Positions 45,036-60,499 are shown, numbered from the stretch's first letter. The stretch: DNA of 64,000 nucleotides from the human T2T-CHM13v2.0 reference genome, Homo sapiens (GCF_009914755.1 NC_060928.1); one strand, 5' to 3'. A program made the numbers and translations. The notes: generated by a model not told the origin, from the letters alone.

Positions 45036-46669
45036 TTAGCTGTTAATAATTACCCAACGGGCAAAAATCTGCTTCACCCTAAAGTACAGCGTGCCCTGTT
45101 GTGCAGGGAAGAGACTGTTAATAACAGCCCCATCACGAATCCTATTGGCAGATTTTCCCTCAGCATGAAAAGGCGAAATATAGACGAGTTTCATGCTTGA
45201 AACTAATGTTTAAGATCTGTTCGAGCACTTAAGCATTTTACAATGAGGATGATATGTACCCCCTGCACTAGGCTACATATTCAAGAAGAGCTTAGCCAGA
45301 GACGCTGGGAAGAGGCTGAGCAGGGGCTGGAGAAAGTCTGCATTATTACTGGCAGTGTGTCCTGGGGTCCATCAGCTGGGCGTGACCACGGAGGATGCAG
45401 ACAGACCTTTAAAATCGATGACAGCATGTCTCCAAAGAGGATGAGCGGCCAAGGAGAAAAGCAGCCCGCCCAGCAACCCAGGCAGGAGTCGAGGTGATGC
45501 AGGCAATATCTCCTTCCTAGAGAACACGGCTTCTCTATCATTGTGTTTCTTTTCCATACATTCATGTTTTCTAAACAAGGCAGGATTGAGAGAAGAGGTG
45601 GAGGTGTCTTACTGGGTGAGCTGAGGGGGCCTTTTCAGGGTCACGAATTTATTAATTCAGCTCTCCAAGGCCAGATTTCCAGCTATAAAATAGGGACAGT
45701 AATAGTATCTACCTAATGGTGCAGATCAGATGAGAGTCTTACCACAGTACATGGCCTGTAAGAGGAGCTCTGTTAATGTTGCCTTAATTTAGACAATGAT
45801 AGTAGAGTGTTTACCTCCTTGAGCTCATGTCATATGCTGACCATATTTCACTTCCTTCTCCTAAGAGGGCCTGTGTCCCAGCAGGCGCTTGGCTGAAGCA
45901 TGCTCATGGTAATTAAATCTAAGGTCTGGTGGTGTTGTGTAAAGAATAACTGATAGGCAGAGATTCTGAAGGGAGCTTTGGGAATGGAACATCTGGTTTG
46001 GAAGGAAGCCTTATAGGCCAACCCCCTGTAGGCCAGGGTAGGAGAGGAAAACAGGAAGTTTTATTCATCTTACTTTCTTGGTTTTTCAAGTTACAGTCTC
46101 CAGCTGTTTACATCAACTTTGTTTTTCCTAAAGAGCACAGAGAGTATAAAGCACTGTTAAGTCACAGCCTTTCCATTAAGTAGCCCTTTGTAGAAAATCG
46201 GAGTTATTCTTTGACTTGGCTAGTTCATCTTTTATTTTTCTTTTCTTCGCCCAAAGCAAATATCTTTTCCCTGGCTTCTTTTCAGGCCTGAATAAGTTGT
46301 AGAGAAGGACGAGAGGAAAGAAGTTTGGGAAGAAGAAGGTGGGGAGGAGCAGGAAGGTGGAAGAAACAGGAGAAAAACCCAGGGGAAGAGGAAAGAAAGG
46401 AAAAGAGTTCATACCCCAGAAATTTAAGATACCAACATGTTTCCAGGATTGGAGGGTCTGCACGTGGATCAGTATGAATTCAGTGGGGCACCACAGATGG
46501 GGATCGTTGTCCTCAGAACTGAAGAAGAACAACAGGAAACAAACCCTCAAAATGAAGACTATGTGTTCCTCGAAAATAGATTATATTCAACTTATTGACA
46601 AGTATCACTGCAAACACTTAACATGACATTTTCTAATCTTCCTGTTGCCCTCATATCTCTTCCCTCTAG

Positions 46670-47175
46670 GGTAGGGGTGAATGAATAGTCTCTGGTGCTA
46701 GACTACAAGGGTTCAGACCCCAACAGGGCTACTCACCAGTCAGGTGACCTTGGGCAAACCACTTAACTCTCTGGGCCACAGTTGGCTCATTTGTAAATGG
46801 GGATGATGATGATGTTGATGGTGATATCTTACCTATAGCCTAGGGTATCCTGAGGATTAAATGAGTTAACATACGTAAAGTGCCTAGGCAGAGGGTAAGT
46901 GCTATATGAATGTTAACTATGATTATTCTGGCCACTCTGTTGAGATACTTGAATCCTACAACACAAAATGGCATGCATTGTTTTTTCATAGCACTTACTG
47001 CATGCTTTGAACACTTCATATATAAGACACCATTTTATGCCCTAGAAGGCAGGTACATTATGAATATGACCCATATTATAGATGAGGAGACTGAGGCACA
47101 AAGAGATTAAGTGACATGCTTAATTTCCTGTATCTCATAAATGACAGAGTTGACTTAAACCTAGGTAGTTTAGCT
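46670..47175. mobile_element. Two MIR elements in opposite orientation
   Basis: gtgaccttgggcaaaccacttaac (+) and agatgaggagactgaggcaca (-). Confidence 0.75.
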
Positions 47176-47180
47176 CTAGA

Positions 47181-47349
47181 GAAGGGGTCAGCAAATGAGG
47201 GCCTGCCACCTGGCTTTGTAAATAAAGCTTTATTGAACCAAGGTTATTCCCAATCATTTATGTATCATCTGGCTGCTTTTGCATTAAAATGGCAAATTTG
47301 AAAATATTTGTTATCTGGTCTTTTTACACTAAACCTTTGCTGACTCCCG
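47181..47349. mobile_element. MER58-like hAT MITE
   Basis: ggggtcagcaaa / tttgctgactccc termini; gtaaataaagctttattg. Confidence 0.7.
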
Positions 47350-47383
47350 ATCTACAGTCTAACTACACTTATAACTATTAAGG

Positions 47384-47502
47384 TAGGGTTGCCAGATTTA
47401 GTAAATTAAAATATGAGATGATCAGCTAGATTTAAACTGCAGATAAACAATGAAGAGTTTTTTTCAGTATAAGCGTATCCCATGTAATGTTTGGCAACTC
47501 TA
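47384..47502. mobile_element. MER53-like hAT MITE (short)
   Basis: TIRs tagggttgcca / tggcaactcta; 8-bp TSD tattaagg / cattaagg. Confidence 0.8.
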
Positions 47503-47819
47503 CATTAAGGTAACCTGCCTCTCTGATCTACCTTTGAATACATGGCCAACATTTTTCAGAAACCAAGTTCCCTTTCTCTCTTCTGAATCACGGTGAGCTA
47601 GAACTGCAAGGGACTTAAGATGGTCAATAACTTGCCCACCATCCACTCAGGAGTTCATGACAGAGCTGGCCTGGAGCTGTCTCTTTGTAAAACAGGTGGC
47701 CTTGTTAAAGTTTTTAAGGTGTGGTGGTGGTGGGGAAGTATGGTATTTGTGGAAAAGACCTGGACCAGAAGCATGGCTGAGCCTAGGAAAAATCATGACA
47801 CAGAAAGTCATCTCTGTTA

Positions 47820-48625
47820 GGCACAGACAGACAAAACCACATGATCTCACTTATATATGCAGCGTAAAAAAGTTGAACTCACTGAAACAGAGAGCAGAAT
47901 GGTGGTTACCAGAGACTGGGGGTGGCAGTGGCTAGGAAGATGTAGATGTTGGTCAAGGGATACAAAATTTGAGTTAGACAAGCAGAATGAGTTCTAGAGA
48001 TCCATTGCACAATGTGGTGACTACAGTTAATAACAATATATCATATACTTGAAAATTGCTAAGAAAGTAGATTTTAATTGTTCTCGCCACAAATAAATAA
48101 GTGTATAATGTAACACATATGTCAATTAGTTTGATTTAACCATTCCACAATGTATCTGATATGGTTTGGCTATATGAGCCTGCCAAATCTCATGTTGAAT
48201 TGTAATCCCCAATGTTGGAGGTGGGGCCTGATGAGAGACGTTTAGGTCATGGGGCCAGATCCCTCATGGCTTGGTGCTATCCTCATGATAGTGAGTGAGT
48301 TTTCCTGAGATCTCGTTTTTGTAAAGTGTGGCACCTCCCCATCCCCCAACTCTCTCTTGCTTCTCCTCTGCCATGTGAGATGCTGGCTCCCCCTTTGCCT
48401 TCTGCCATGAGTAAAAGCTTCCTGAGGCCTACCCAGAAGCCAAGCAGATGCCAAGCACCGTGCTTCCTATACAGCCTGTGGAACGGAGAGCCAATTAAAC
48501 CTCTTTTCTTTATTAATTACTCAGTCTCACATATTTCTTTATAGCAATGCAAGAATGGCCTAATATAGCATCTCTGTTTCAAAACGTGATGTTTTATGCT
48601 ATAAATATATATTTTAAAAGGAGGG
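47820..48625 (+). mobile_element. L1MA 3' end interrupted by MSTA
   Basis: L1MA 3' UTR (tacttgaaaattgctaagaaagtagatttt), resuming after 48572. Confidence 0.8.
48157..48567 (+). mobile_element. MSTA solo LTR
   Basis: tgatatggtttggc...caagaatggcctaata; TSD gtatc/gcatc. Confidence 0.85.
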
Positions 48626-49329
48626 AAAAAGGAGAAAGTCATCTCGTGACTTCCTGTCCACTGGTCACCTCACCAGCCTCAGTTTCCCCCATCAGCAGAC
48701 TTGATGTACATCTTTACAGCTGACATTGCCTGAAACCATATTAACTGCTTCCTTTCAGCTTCTGTGAAGTATAATAAAACCAGCAGTGCTCTTCCCAGGT
48801 GAACTGAGACTTCTCTTCTCCCTCCTGTGACCTGGAAAAAGTCTTGGAGATTGGAAAGATGCAATTCAGAGTCAGACCAATTTGTTGTCAGGGGTAATGA
48901 CAGCTAATATGCAACCTGTCTGGGCTGGAAGAGGGAAACACCTCCTGTCGCCCAGGCCTTGCCCTCAGAGGGATGAATTTTGTCCTCTGTGCATTCAGGA
49001 GAATGAGGAGATCAGGATCCCATGCCTGAAACCTTGTCTTCCACTTCTAGCTCTGTATAACTTTGAAGCAATTACCTAAATCCATCCACATGCAGATATT
49101 CATGCCAGAGTTCAGTAGATATTCTATTCTTGTATTCAGGTGAGGTGGTACTTTAAAGGTTTATTCCCTTCATGTTCCTCTCTTCAGAGGACAGTCAGAG
49201 ACACACACCCTGGGCCTGAAAGGCAGGGGCCTACCCTGTATGTTAAATTACCAACCTACCTCCTATTTCCTGAGAATACATTGATTCATGCCTCTCAGGA
49301 GTTTCAAAATCTTGAGACATGCATGCAAA

Positions 49330-49918
49330 ATAAAAGTCAAGATTGATTGGTTTTAAAATACAGGCACAAATTCTTCAATGCTCTTCTCGTCAAGAAGTGG
49401 GTGAGGGTCTATATTTACTCTTTAATCTGTGTAAGGTTATGTCTGCTTTGACCTATAAAGTGTGGTGGAAGTAATGCTATATAATTTTCAAGGGTAAGTT
49501 ACAGAAGGTCATGCAGCTTTTTAATCTCTAAGATTGTTTACTAGAATACCTACTCTTATAGCCATGCCACGCCATGTGAGAAATCCATTGACCCTGAGAG
49601 GCCCTGAAGGGAGGAAACCCAGCCACATGGAAAGACAACATGTAGATGCTCTGGTCAACAGTCAGCTGAGCTAGCCTTCAACTTAGAGATACAAGGCATT
49701 TGTGTGCGGAAGCTTCCATAGGTACCAACACCCAAACTTTCATGTCACTTCAGGCTGTCTGAGTCTTCAGAGCTGAGACCTCAGATGTCATAGAGCAAAA
49801 CATCCCCTATTGTGTCTTGCCTAAATTCCCTATCATCGAACCTATAAATCTAACAAAATGGTTACCTCTTATGCCACTAAGTTGGAGTGGTTTGTTATGC
49901 AATAGATAAACTGAAACA
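49330..49918 (+). mobile_element. MLT1G/H-like LTR
   Basis: cacaaattcttcaatgctcttc...gccactaagttggagtggtttgttatgcaatagataaactgaaaca. Confidence 0.7.
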
Positions 49919-51556
49919 ATCATAAACTTGAGAGAGAGAGAGAGAGAGATAGCATTGTATTATAAGCCTTTGGGGGTCTATATTAAAATTTACATTTTAG
50001 GATCTTAAAACTATGAGGAAGAGTAGATAAATAGATGCATCACTGATTAAAACATGAAAATAATTTTTACAACCCAAGATGGCTCATTTAATTTTGGCCA
50101 ATTATCTTCAAAGAGGTTTGCTCAAGTATGACACCACAACTTGGAACAGCTCATTCGTGAAAAGGTAGCATCATGGGGTTTGTAATACCCAAGGTTTATT
50201 TTCCAGGGGGATGTTTACTTTTACTTTTATTTCCCCATAGGCCCCAACTCCCTATTATTCTTTTATTCTTCCCTCCTTGTATATAACCTTTCAGCAAAAG
50301 ATCAAACTCTGGCCCTATTTCCCCTGACATCAATGGAGAAAAGAAAAAGGGAAAAATTTGGATCTAAAGAAGTCCATGGAGACCCTATATAACTGGGAAA
50401 TGTGCCATTTGCATTTATTTATTTTATATATGGTTTCAAATTCTTTGAGATCCTCAAGGACTTTGGTTTGCCTGACTTTGGGGCAAAAGTAAGTCTGTGT
50501 AGTCCAGCATTTAGTTGGCTGCCTCTCTTGATCTATGCTTTGCTCCAGTAGCATAGCAAAGACTTGCTTTGTGTTGTAGACAAACAGAAGTAGACGTTTG
50601 GAAATTTGGCATCAAGGTGGAGCCCAGAAAGTAGGTAAAAGTTAGAACAGACAAAAAGTTGAAAAGATGAACTATTAATCTTGATAGCAGGCATATAAGC
50701 TCACTAAAGAAGAAAGCACTTTATATATGAAACCACTGCATAGGAAGGAAGACCCAATACCTGAAGATTAAATTAAATCAAAGCATAATTGCTTCTAAAA
50801 ATAGTAATAATGAGAAAGCTATTGGAGTTGTATATTAAATTATAGATATTTGGCATAAACCTTGTAACCAGATGAGTTTTCAGTGTCTCTGTAGGCTCTT
50901 TCTCCTCTCAAACCATTTTGCGCACTATTATATTAATCTTGCAAAAAGTTTATTTCCATCAAAAAGTGCCAGAAAATATTTTCTCCTACTGTCCTATTTT
51001 GGATTTGAGAAATTGAAAGCCAGAAAGGTGATTTAGCCAAGGTACACAACTGCTTCATGAACTGGGGCCCAGATCATCTAATTCCCAACTAAAACTATAT
51101 ACTTTCTTAAGGCACAGACATTGAAAGGCAGTAGAGAAGATATAAGAGAGGTGACGAGGAAGCAGCAGCCAAGAGACTTGGGTTATCACCCAGGGAAACA
51201 GAAAGAAACTCACAAAAACTGTGAATGCTGTTCATCGAAAGTGAGTATAGGTGATTAAAACAGAACTGCAATTACTCTTGTAACTTTCTGTTTCAACAAT
51301 CATAATAAAAGAATTCATGATTGAAATAACCCACATTAAGCATCCTATATGTGCACTTACACCCCATGTACACCAGTTTTTATGACCAAATGGATTTGCT
51401 TCTTGCAGAATAATTTATGTCATCTATGTAAGATTGATTAAAAAATCCTCACAGAGGGTAATATATAGCTAAATAGTTTATATATTTTGACTTCATGGCG
51501 CTCGTATTAGAGAAACTAATCTCACAGAGGTATGTTGATAGGAATAAAAGAAAATA

Positions 51557-51911
<355 letters not shown>

Positions 51912-51923
51912 TCACAGCACTCA

Positions 51924-52353
<430 letters not shown>

Positions 52354-52494
52354 CTATAATTTCAAAACTTTCATCAATTGAAATAGCATCATATTTGTAC
52401 CAAAATTACCTTGAGATTTTTCAATGGTTGTCCTTAAATTGCAACACTTAATATCAAAATCCATGCTTCAGATATGGGCTATTAAAACTAGAAT

Positions 52495-52615
52495 ATACAA
52501 TCAGTATCTTGAAAAGATATCTGTACCCCATGTTCAATTGCAACATTACTACAATAACCAAAATATGGAAACAATCTAAGTGTCCATTGATGGGTGAATG
52601 GGTAAAGAAAATGTG

Positions 52616-52656
<41 letters not shown>

Positions 52657-53176
52657 GGACTATCATTCAGCCTTAAAAAAGAAGGAAATCTTGCCATTTG
52701 CGACAACATGGTTGAATCTAGAGGACGTTATATGCTAAGTGAAATAAGCCAGGCACAGAAAGACAAATACTATATGACCTCACTTATATCTGGAATCTAA
52801 AGAAGTTGAACTCATATAAGCAGAGAGTAGAATGGCAGTTGCCAAGGAATAGGGAGAGGGGTGAAAAATGAGAGATGGTGGCCAGAGAGTGCAAAGGTTC
52901 AGTTATGTGGGAAGAATGGGTTTTGGAGCTGTAATGTACAGCATGGTGATTATAGTTAATAACAATGTATTATATACTTGAAAATTCCTTTAAAAAGTTG
53001 ATCTTGAGTCTTCTTCCCCCGACCCCCACACACACAAAGTCATAACTTTGGAAAGTGATGGATATGTTAATTAGCTTAGTTGTGGTAATCATTTCACAAT
53101 TTATATCATCACCTTGTACACTTTAAATATACACAATTTTTGTGTGTCAAGTCTACTTCAATGAAGCTGGAAAAAA
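52495..53176 (+). mobile_element. L1MA 3' end with internal (CA)n at ~52618-52654
   Basis: aaagatatctgtaccccatgttc...ggaaatcttgccatttgcgacaacatgg, then 3' UTR. Confidence 0.85.
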
Positions 53177-55345
53177 AGAGTAGGAAAACATTCCCCACAA
53201 AAACCTTCCTCAGTAACCAGATCCCACCCTTCCTGACGTAAGTCCAACAGAATGATAGTTCAGAATCCGAAATGAAGTTGAATCACAGAAAATGCGCAAC
53301 GTTTTCTTTCTTTTATGCTGGAGTTTGTGAAATGAGAATCATACCCATTAAGTATTTCATATATCAAGAAAGAGTCTCTTAATGGTGTCCTTAGAACCTT
53401 ATAGACTCTCCCAAAGACAACTGTTTTATTTTACTTAATCGGTGAACACAACCTCTCTGAAATGTAGCATCTTCAAAGACAATCAGTTTTAGTAACATTT
53501 CTTCCTTTAATTGATTCTCTTTCTTGTATATTTAACATAAAGAAGAAACATGTGTTCCTGGAAAGATCTATTTTACAAGGCGTTAGATTGGGTCCACAGC
53601 CAGATGGAACAAGGCAAGACGTAGAATGTGCAGCAGCCAGTGTGACAGGGCTTGCAGCTCAGACAGTCATTGAGCGCCTTCCTCAAGGTCTCATTAAAGC
53701 CTCCATGAATCCCCAGTGCCAAGCATTGCACAAGTGAGAGAAATAACATACTGTTTTTCCATCACCTCTTTCGGTTACAACTGAATTCACTTAGCAAATA
53801 ATGGAAAAGTAAATGGAATGGGTTTTACCTTCTTTAATAGCTGACATTGCTATGTTGATCTTTTCCCATACAATAGTAGCAGCCCTAGCACCAACAATGG
53901 ATTTTATTCTGGTCAGTGACATTTTCTTGAAGGAATCCCAAGTTTAATAAAATGGAGAAATATTTCTTACAATTGACATAAAGCTTTCTGACTGTAAGTC
54001 ATAAAATCTGGAAGAAAACACCTTAGTCCAGTGTTGCTGTTTTTCCCCAAGGTAGTTATTAACAAACACACAAGGCTAGCAATAAAATTCAATGATGTTT
54101 CTAACAACAGGAGAAAAATTATTGCTGAATCTGCTGTAGTAAGTAATTAATATAAGGCAAATAATGACACTGTGGGATTAGGAGCAGGAAAAATTCATTA
54201 AAATGCTCTTTGTGTACTTAAAGCAGTTTGCATATCCAAGTGAATTACTTGAATGCTGGAGGACATTTACCCTCAGCATCTGTTTTATTATCCACTAGGA
54301 ACCTGTGCACATACCTTGGTGAACCTCATCCTTGCTCCACCAAGATAAACATGCCAGAAAGGGATTGGGTTTGGCCAAGAATGAAGCATTCACTACACCA
54401 TCAAGCATTTTCTTCTTTGTCATAAGGGAGCACTCAACTGGTTTTCCAAAGGCACACGTGCAAAATAGAATTAGCTCTGCCTAGTTGTGATGGCTCTTCC
54501 TCCTTCCTGTGGGGACAGCCCTGCCTCAGTGCACTTTCATAAGGGCAGCGTCTTTCCCCCATGGGACCTGTGTGATTTATAACTCTGAAGAAAAGCTTAC
54601 ACTCCATCTAATTGGGTGGTCAACATTTGGACTCAATTTTGAAATTCATTTTCTGTTACTCTTTGTAAACCTAACAAAATAAACAAGTGTAGTTAATTTA
54701 GATGTCTCTGGGCAATTTTCATCCATATGTACCTTGCGGCTTAAATTAAAAAGCAATTAAACCAGAAGACTCTATTTTGCTGTCAGAAAATTGCTCTCTT
54801 AAAGGGGGGGTGTGTGTGTGTGTGTTCACGCATGCGTGTGCATGTGTGTTTCCAATAAATAAACATAGTGAGTCATTGGATTGTAAGCTCGTTGAGGCAT
54901 AATCTTGTTTAAACAAAATGTTTAATTCAGTTATTTTTATTTATCCTTTTAATCAACAAATATTTACTATGTGCCTGGCACTATCAATCAGTGGATAAAT
55001 GAATGAAGAAATAAATGAACAAATGAATTAATAAACCATCCACTTCATGGCCTTGTCATATCTCTCCAACATTACATCCTCTTGTTTTTCATGCCCTGAA
55101 AAAAATACAGCAATTTACAAAAACTCCTTGCAGCCCACAGATCTTATACTTTGGAGTGAACAAGCAGTACCGTTGCTAGTATTATGGAAAAAACCATGTT
55201 TTTAATATAAAGTATATGTACCTCCATGGTAATGAATAATTCACCTGAGTACCTACTGGATTTACATACACTATGGGTATTTTGATAATATCAGTTAACA
55301 TGAAGCCTTTACTTTGGCTGGAAAAATATTCTAAGTTTTAATATA

Positions 55346-55650
55346 CAGTAGTCCCTCCTTATCCACAGGTGATACATTCCAGACCCACAGTGGACACCTG
55401 AAACTGTGAATGCTAGCCAACCCTATATATACTATGCTTTTTCCTATACATACATACCTATGATAAAGTTTAAGTTATAAATTAGGCACAGTAGGAGATT
55501 AACAACAAAAACTAAAAATAGAACAATTATAATAATATACTGTAATAAAAGTTATGTGAATGGGGTCTCTCTCTCAAAATATTTTGTTGAACTGTACCAG
55601 TGGGTAACTGAAATCTTGGAGAGCAAAACTACAGATAAGGGGGACTACTG
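55346..55650. mobile_element. MER44 (Tigger7-derived) DNA transposon
   Basis: TIRs cagtagtccctccttatc / gataagggggactactg; TA and TG flanks. Confidence 0.85.
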
Positions 55651-57049
55651 TGTCTTCTTATTTAATCCTCACAACAACCCTATGATGTAGGTATCACCCC
55701 TACTTCATATCTGAGGAAACTGAGATACAGAGAGGTTGAGTAACTCCTGTAAGTCTGCACAGCTATTCAGTAAGAGTGCCGAGCTCTTGGTATCCACAGT
55801 CTGACTCTAGTACCTCTGCTCTTAAACTCGACACACTCGCTCCCGTCTCCACAGTGCCACAGCCCAGTCCATTTACAGTAAAGAGGCTGGCAGGCCACAA
55901 AGGACTCTCTATTTGCTTAGAGCAAATTTTCGTCTTCACCCACTTAAACAAGGAAACAGAGGATTGTTTGAGCTACACTGACCAGCAAACAAGAGCTTCA
56001 GGAGCCATCATTCATGTAAGAATTCTATTTATGCTACATTGTGTGTGCACGTGCATGCATACATAAACCAATGCAAAAAAGAATAGTTACCAAAATATGA
56101 ATGTTTGTTATCTCAGACTGATGAGATTTCTGATGAATTGACTATTTCCCCTTGCATTTTCCTATGTTGTTTGAATGTTTACAAGAGCAATAAACAATTG
56201 ATACAATCAGAATAAATATATTAAATCATTTTTATTGTGAAATAGTGATGGCTCTGGAGTCAGCTTGGGTTTAAAACACTTTGATCTGAGCTTGGGCATG
56301 TTTCTTATCCTCCCTACTTTGGGCTTCCTTATCTGCAAATTGAGGTTAATAAAAATACTGCTATCACTAGTCCTGGAGAAGATGACAATGAAAGACACAC
56401 CATGCCTTCATAGAGTGTGGCAGGTCCAGAGCCACATACATGTGGCTTCTGGAGATGAAAATGAAATTTCCACCTTGAAGACCTGCCATCGGCTCTCATT
56501 TCTAACAAGAAAGGCCAGGCCACCATGTGGCCACAGCTCAAACAGTGAGATGTGCTCCAACTCCATTTGGGTTGTCAAATCCTCTTTTCTGTTTTATATC
56601 AGAAGTTCAGAACAGCCCCAGGCAGCAGCACTACAAATGGCTTCACCCTTGGCATTCCTAGCATGAGAATCAGTGTCTAAACAACATACTGGAATGTTGA
56701 GTCTATTCATCTCCTTTGATCTGGCCAAAGAGGAAGCATTTTTCACATAAGACAGGTACAGTAGTTCTTTCATGCTGTCTCTATGCATATTGACTTTTCG
56801 AAAGAACAGTGATTGACAATGAAACCCATCCATGAAACAGAGAATGGAAATAGCTGGGAAGACTGGTTTCCCTGCTGCTTGTGGGATAGAGAACACTGAC
56901 AGAGGCCATGGCAGCTCAGAAGAGAAGAAAACAGGAGCCAATGGTCTGTGGAACAATAATAATGATGATTACACCTTGTCACCTTCCCTGGCTGCAGAAG
57001 ACCTTTGCTTTAATATATTTGGAGAAATTCCCAGCCATACATGGCCAGA

Positions 57050-57997
57050 TTCAGTAAGAACCAGTATCCCTGGGTTTCCCAGCCAGGGAAAAGCATGTGA
57101 CAGGGACTTCTCTACTCAGAGCCACTCAGCTGAGACTTATGTGACTCTAACAGGTCCATAGCCCAATGCGCAGTAAGTCAATACACCGACACCTGGGGCT
57201 GCAGCAGAGAACGTTTTAATCGTAAGGCTGCCAAATGAGGGGATGGGAAGAAACCTCAAATCCGCCTCCCTGGGGAGTTTGGGGATAGGGACTTTAAGGG
57301 GTTTGGAGTAGGTCAAGGTGTAGGGATCGTTGATTGGTCTGAGAATGCAGGGTGAAGTCATGGGATGGGGAGATGAAGAAACTGCATTCTCATGCTGATT
57401 TAGTTCCTCTATGGGGGTCTTCAAATTGTGTGACAACAGCTGTTCCACTGGAATTCAGCATCTGAAAAATATCTTAAGCAATGTTTAAAGAAAAAGCCTT
57501 GTGATTCCAATGTGTGATCCTATCTATAGGAACAAGGGATGCAAATGATCAGTGTCTACAGTTACGTGACTTTCTATTATAAGAAGGTGGGCCAGAGTGT
57601 GGCCTGATGAATGCTTAATTATAACTGTACATCTGCCCAGAGCTCAGTATGTAATTCTTGTTAACCCTGTGGGGACAGTTTCACTTCCAGTTAGAAGGAG
57701 GCTCCCTGGAGCTCCTATTTTACTAGTGAGGGCAGCACTAGAGGTATCTGGCTTCCAGAAGTGCCAGAGAGTCACAATGTCAAGTTCCTGGCGGGGCCGC
57801 GGTATTGGTAGGACAGTGGCCGCAGTGGTTTTTCCAGTGTTAGGCAGGGAAGCAGTGGCATTGTCCTTCTCAAAGCATTCTAGAGTTGGTTTGTTCATCC
57901 CTCCTGAAAGCCTAGCCTCAAGTCTCCCAATATTCTTTACCAAAATCATTTCCTGCTTAGTTAGTGGCAAGTTTCTTATGTATAACTAAGAACCCTA
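57050..57997 (+). mobile_element. LTR33-like old LTR split by LTR26
   Basis: Weak resemblance on both sides of LTR26 (gggaaaagcatgtgac; tttcctgcttagttag...taactaagaaccctaa). Confidence 0.4.
57140..57683 (-). mobile_element. LTR26-like ERV1 solo LTR
   Basis: Minus-strand start TGAAACTGTCCCCACAGGGTTAACAAGAATT; TSD ctta/cttc. Confidence 0.75.
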
Positions 57998-58242
57998 AAA
58001 ATTACAAATACCTACTGTAAAGGAATATTTTTAGCCTTCCAGGAGCCTGAGAACCATGGCTGGGCAACGTTGTTGCTAGCTAGTCTCGCACGTGGAGACT
58101 GAGCACAGGACTGCTCTGCCCATCTGCTTATCCCCATCCAGGAAACCCATCACGTGAAGTGGCCCTTCTACCACTCCCTGCGCTCTGGGTCTCCAAAGCC
58201 CTCATTGTTCTTAACATGATAGGTTTACCCCCTCCCCCGTAT

Positions 58243-58932
<690 letters not shown>

Positions 58933-59256
58933 GACTAAATCACTCCCAGGCTGAAATTTAGGCAGTTATAGAATGTACTCTTTCTGGCCATTTGCTTAAG
59001 AACACTTTTATTCTTGCAATTAATATGTCATGATGCAAATTTCTACGTAGAGAGAATTTTTCATGTGTTCCAGGGTGGATACAGACTGCAAACCAACTTT
59101 ATCCGTGCCCCCACTCCCCAACTCAAGATCAGAGTGAATCCATTTTTTAGAAAAGTCTAAAATATCTATTTCATGATGTTTATTCAACCAGACTGTGTGG
59201 CTTCATTTTGAAAAGTTGAACTGAAAAAAAAGATGGGATGATTAGCCTTAACCAGA

Positions 59257-59373
59257 GACTTGAATTACAGCAATGAAACACATAAACACACACTTGACTT
59301 GAATTATAGCAATGAAACACATAAACACACACTTGACTTGAATTATAGCAATGAAATACAAAAACACACACTT
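59257..59373. repeat. 39-bp tandem repeat, 3 copies
   Basis: Unit gacttgaatta(c/t)agcaatgaaacacataaacacacactt at 59257, 59296, 59335. Confidence 0.95.
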
Positions 59374-60499
59374 GTGCCTGCATGCACATTCCCACACACA
59401 TGCACATACTCTCTCTCTCTCACACACAATTCCATGAAGTGAGTATTGGCTGTCCCTAGCAGCACTTGTGGATCTCAGGGACAGGAAGAAATTGGTGGTT
59501 GACCAGGAGAGACCTAATATGCAATACTGTATTGCTTGGCACAAAAATCATACAGTCCCAGGTGAGGAAGGATTATCCTGTGACCTTTTTTGTGTAAGAG
59601 AAGATTAGACAGACCTGTCTTCAAAGCCAGCTTCTGACACCTACCAGCAGCAAAATAAGAATAATCATTTTGATCCTGTAGTAACAAGTGCTATCAATAA
59701 ATGGTTTTATGGTTGCTAACTTTATTATTGCTATTCTCATCATCATGGCAGTGGCCACCTGGAGTTCTTCTAAATACAGTCGCCCTCTTGAGACTTGTAA
59801 GCACAGAGAAGGATGACCTCATCAAACTGATTTTTCTATCCAGTCCTGATAAAGGGAGGCTTCAAGAAAGCCCGAAAGAGAGGAGAGGTCTGATAAATTT
59901 TAAGCACAACTGTCTCCTCTCCAGGCTCCAAAATAAAGTAGAGCACCTGGGCTTCAGGAAATCGTAGAAGAGAGTAATTGCTTTAAGAATGTTATGTCTC
60001 TTTTCTTTGTGATATGCTCATTTTTTAAAGTAACATGATGAGTAACAGCCAACACACTAGTGGAAGCCTAAAGGGAGAGAGGAGGTTGCAAGAGCTTATA
60101 AGTAGAGAAAGCAAAATGCAGGGGTCTCAGAAGTGATGGTTAATAATCACAACTAACATTCATTAACTAGGCACTTACAATTTGCCAGCCACCCAAAGGA
60201 CTCCACCTAGTTTTATCCATATATAATCATGAGCCCCATGTTTCAGATGGAAACCGAGCACCGGATGGCTAAATAAACAAAGTGAATGTGGAAATTTGAA
60301 CCTGAGTTTTCCTGGCTGTGGAGTTACCACTCTTAACGTGCCGAGCAGTGAGGGGTGACCCCTATAATTAGAACCGCTGGAGTCCTTCTTGCCTCTGCTA
60401 TAAAGACACCATCATGTCCATTGCCATGTTTGGGGGTGGATATGATGGTGTAGGTGCAGGCTCAACTTCAAATGGAAATACAGAAAAATAATTGCAGCA

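Noticed and set aside
59257-59373. CRISPR-like array
   Set aside because: Head-to-tail repeats with no spacers, no cas genes, eukaryotic context
59701-59967. 88-aa ORF with a signal-peptide-like N-terminus
   Set aside because: The hydrophobic start comes from T-rich, MIR-like sequence; no promoter, splice or homology support
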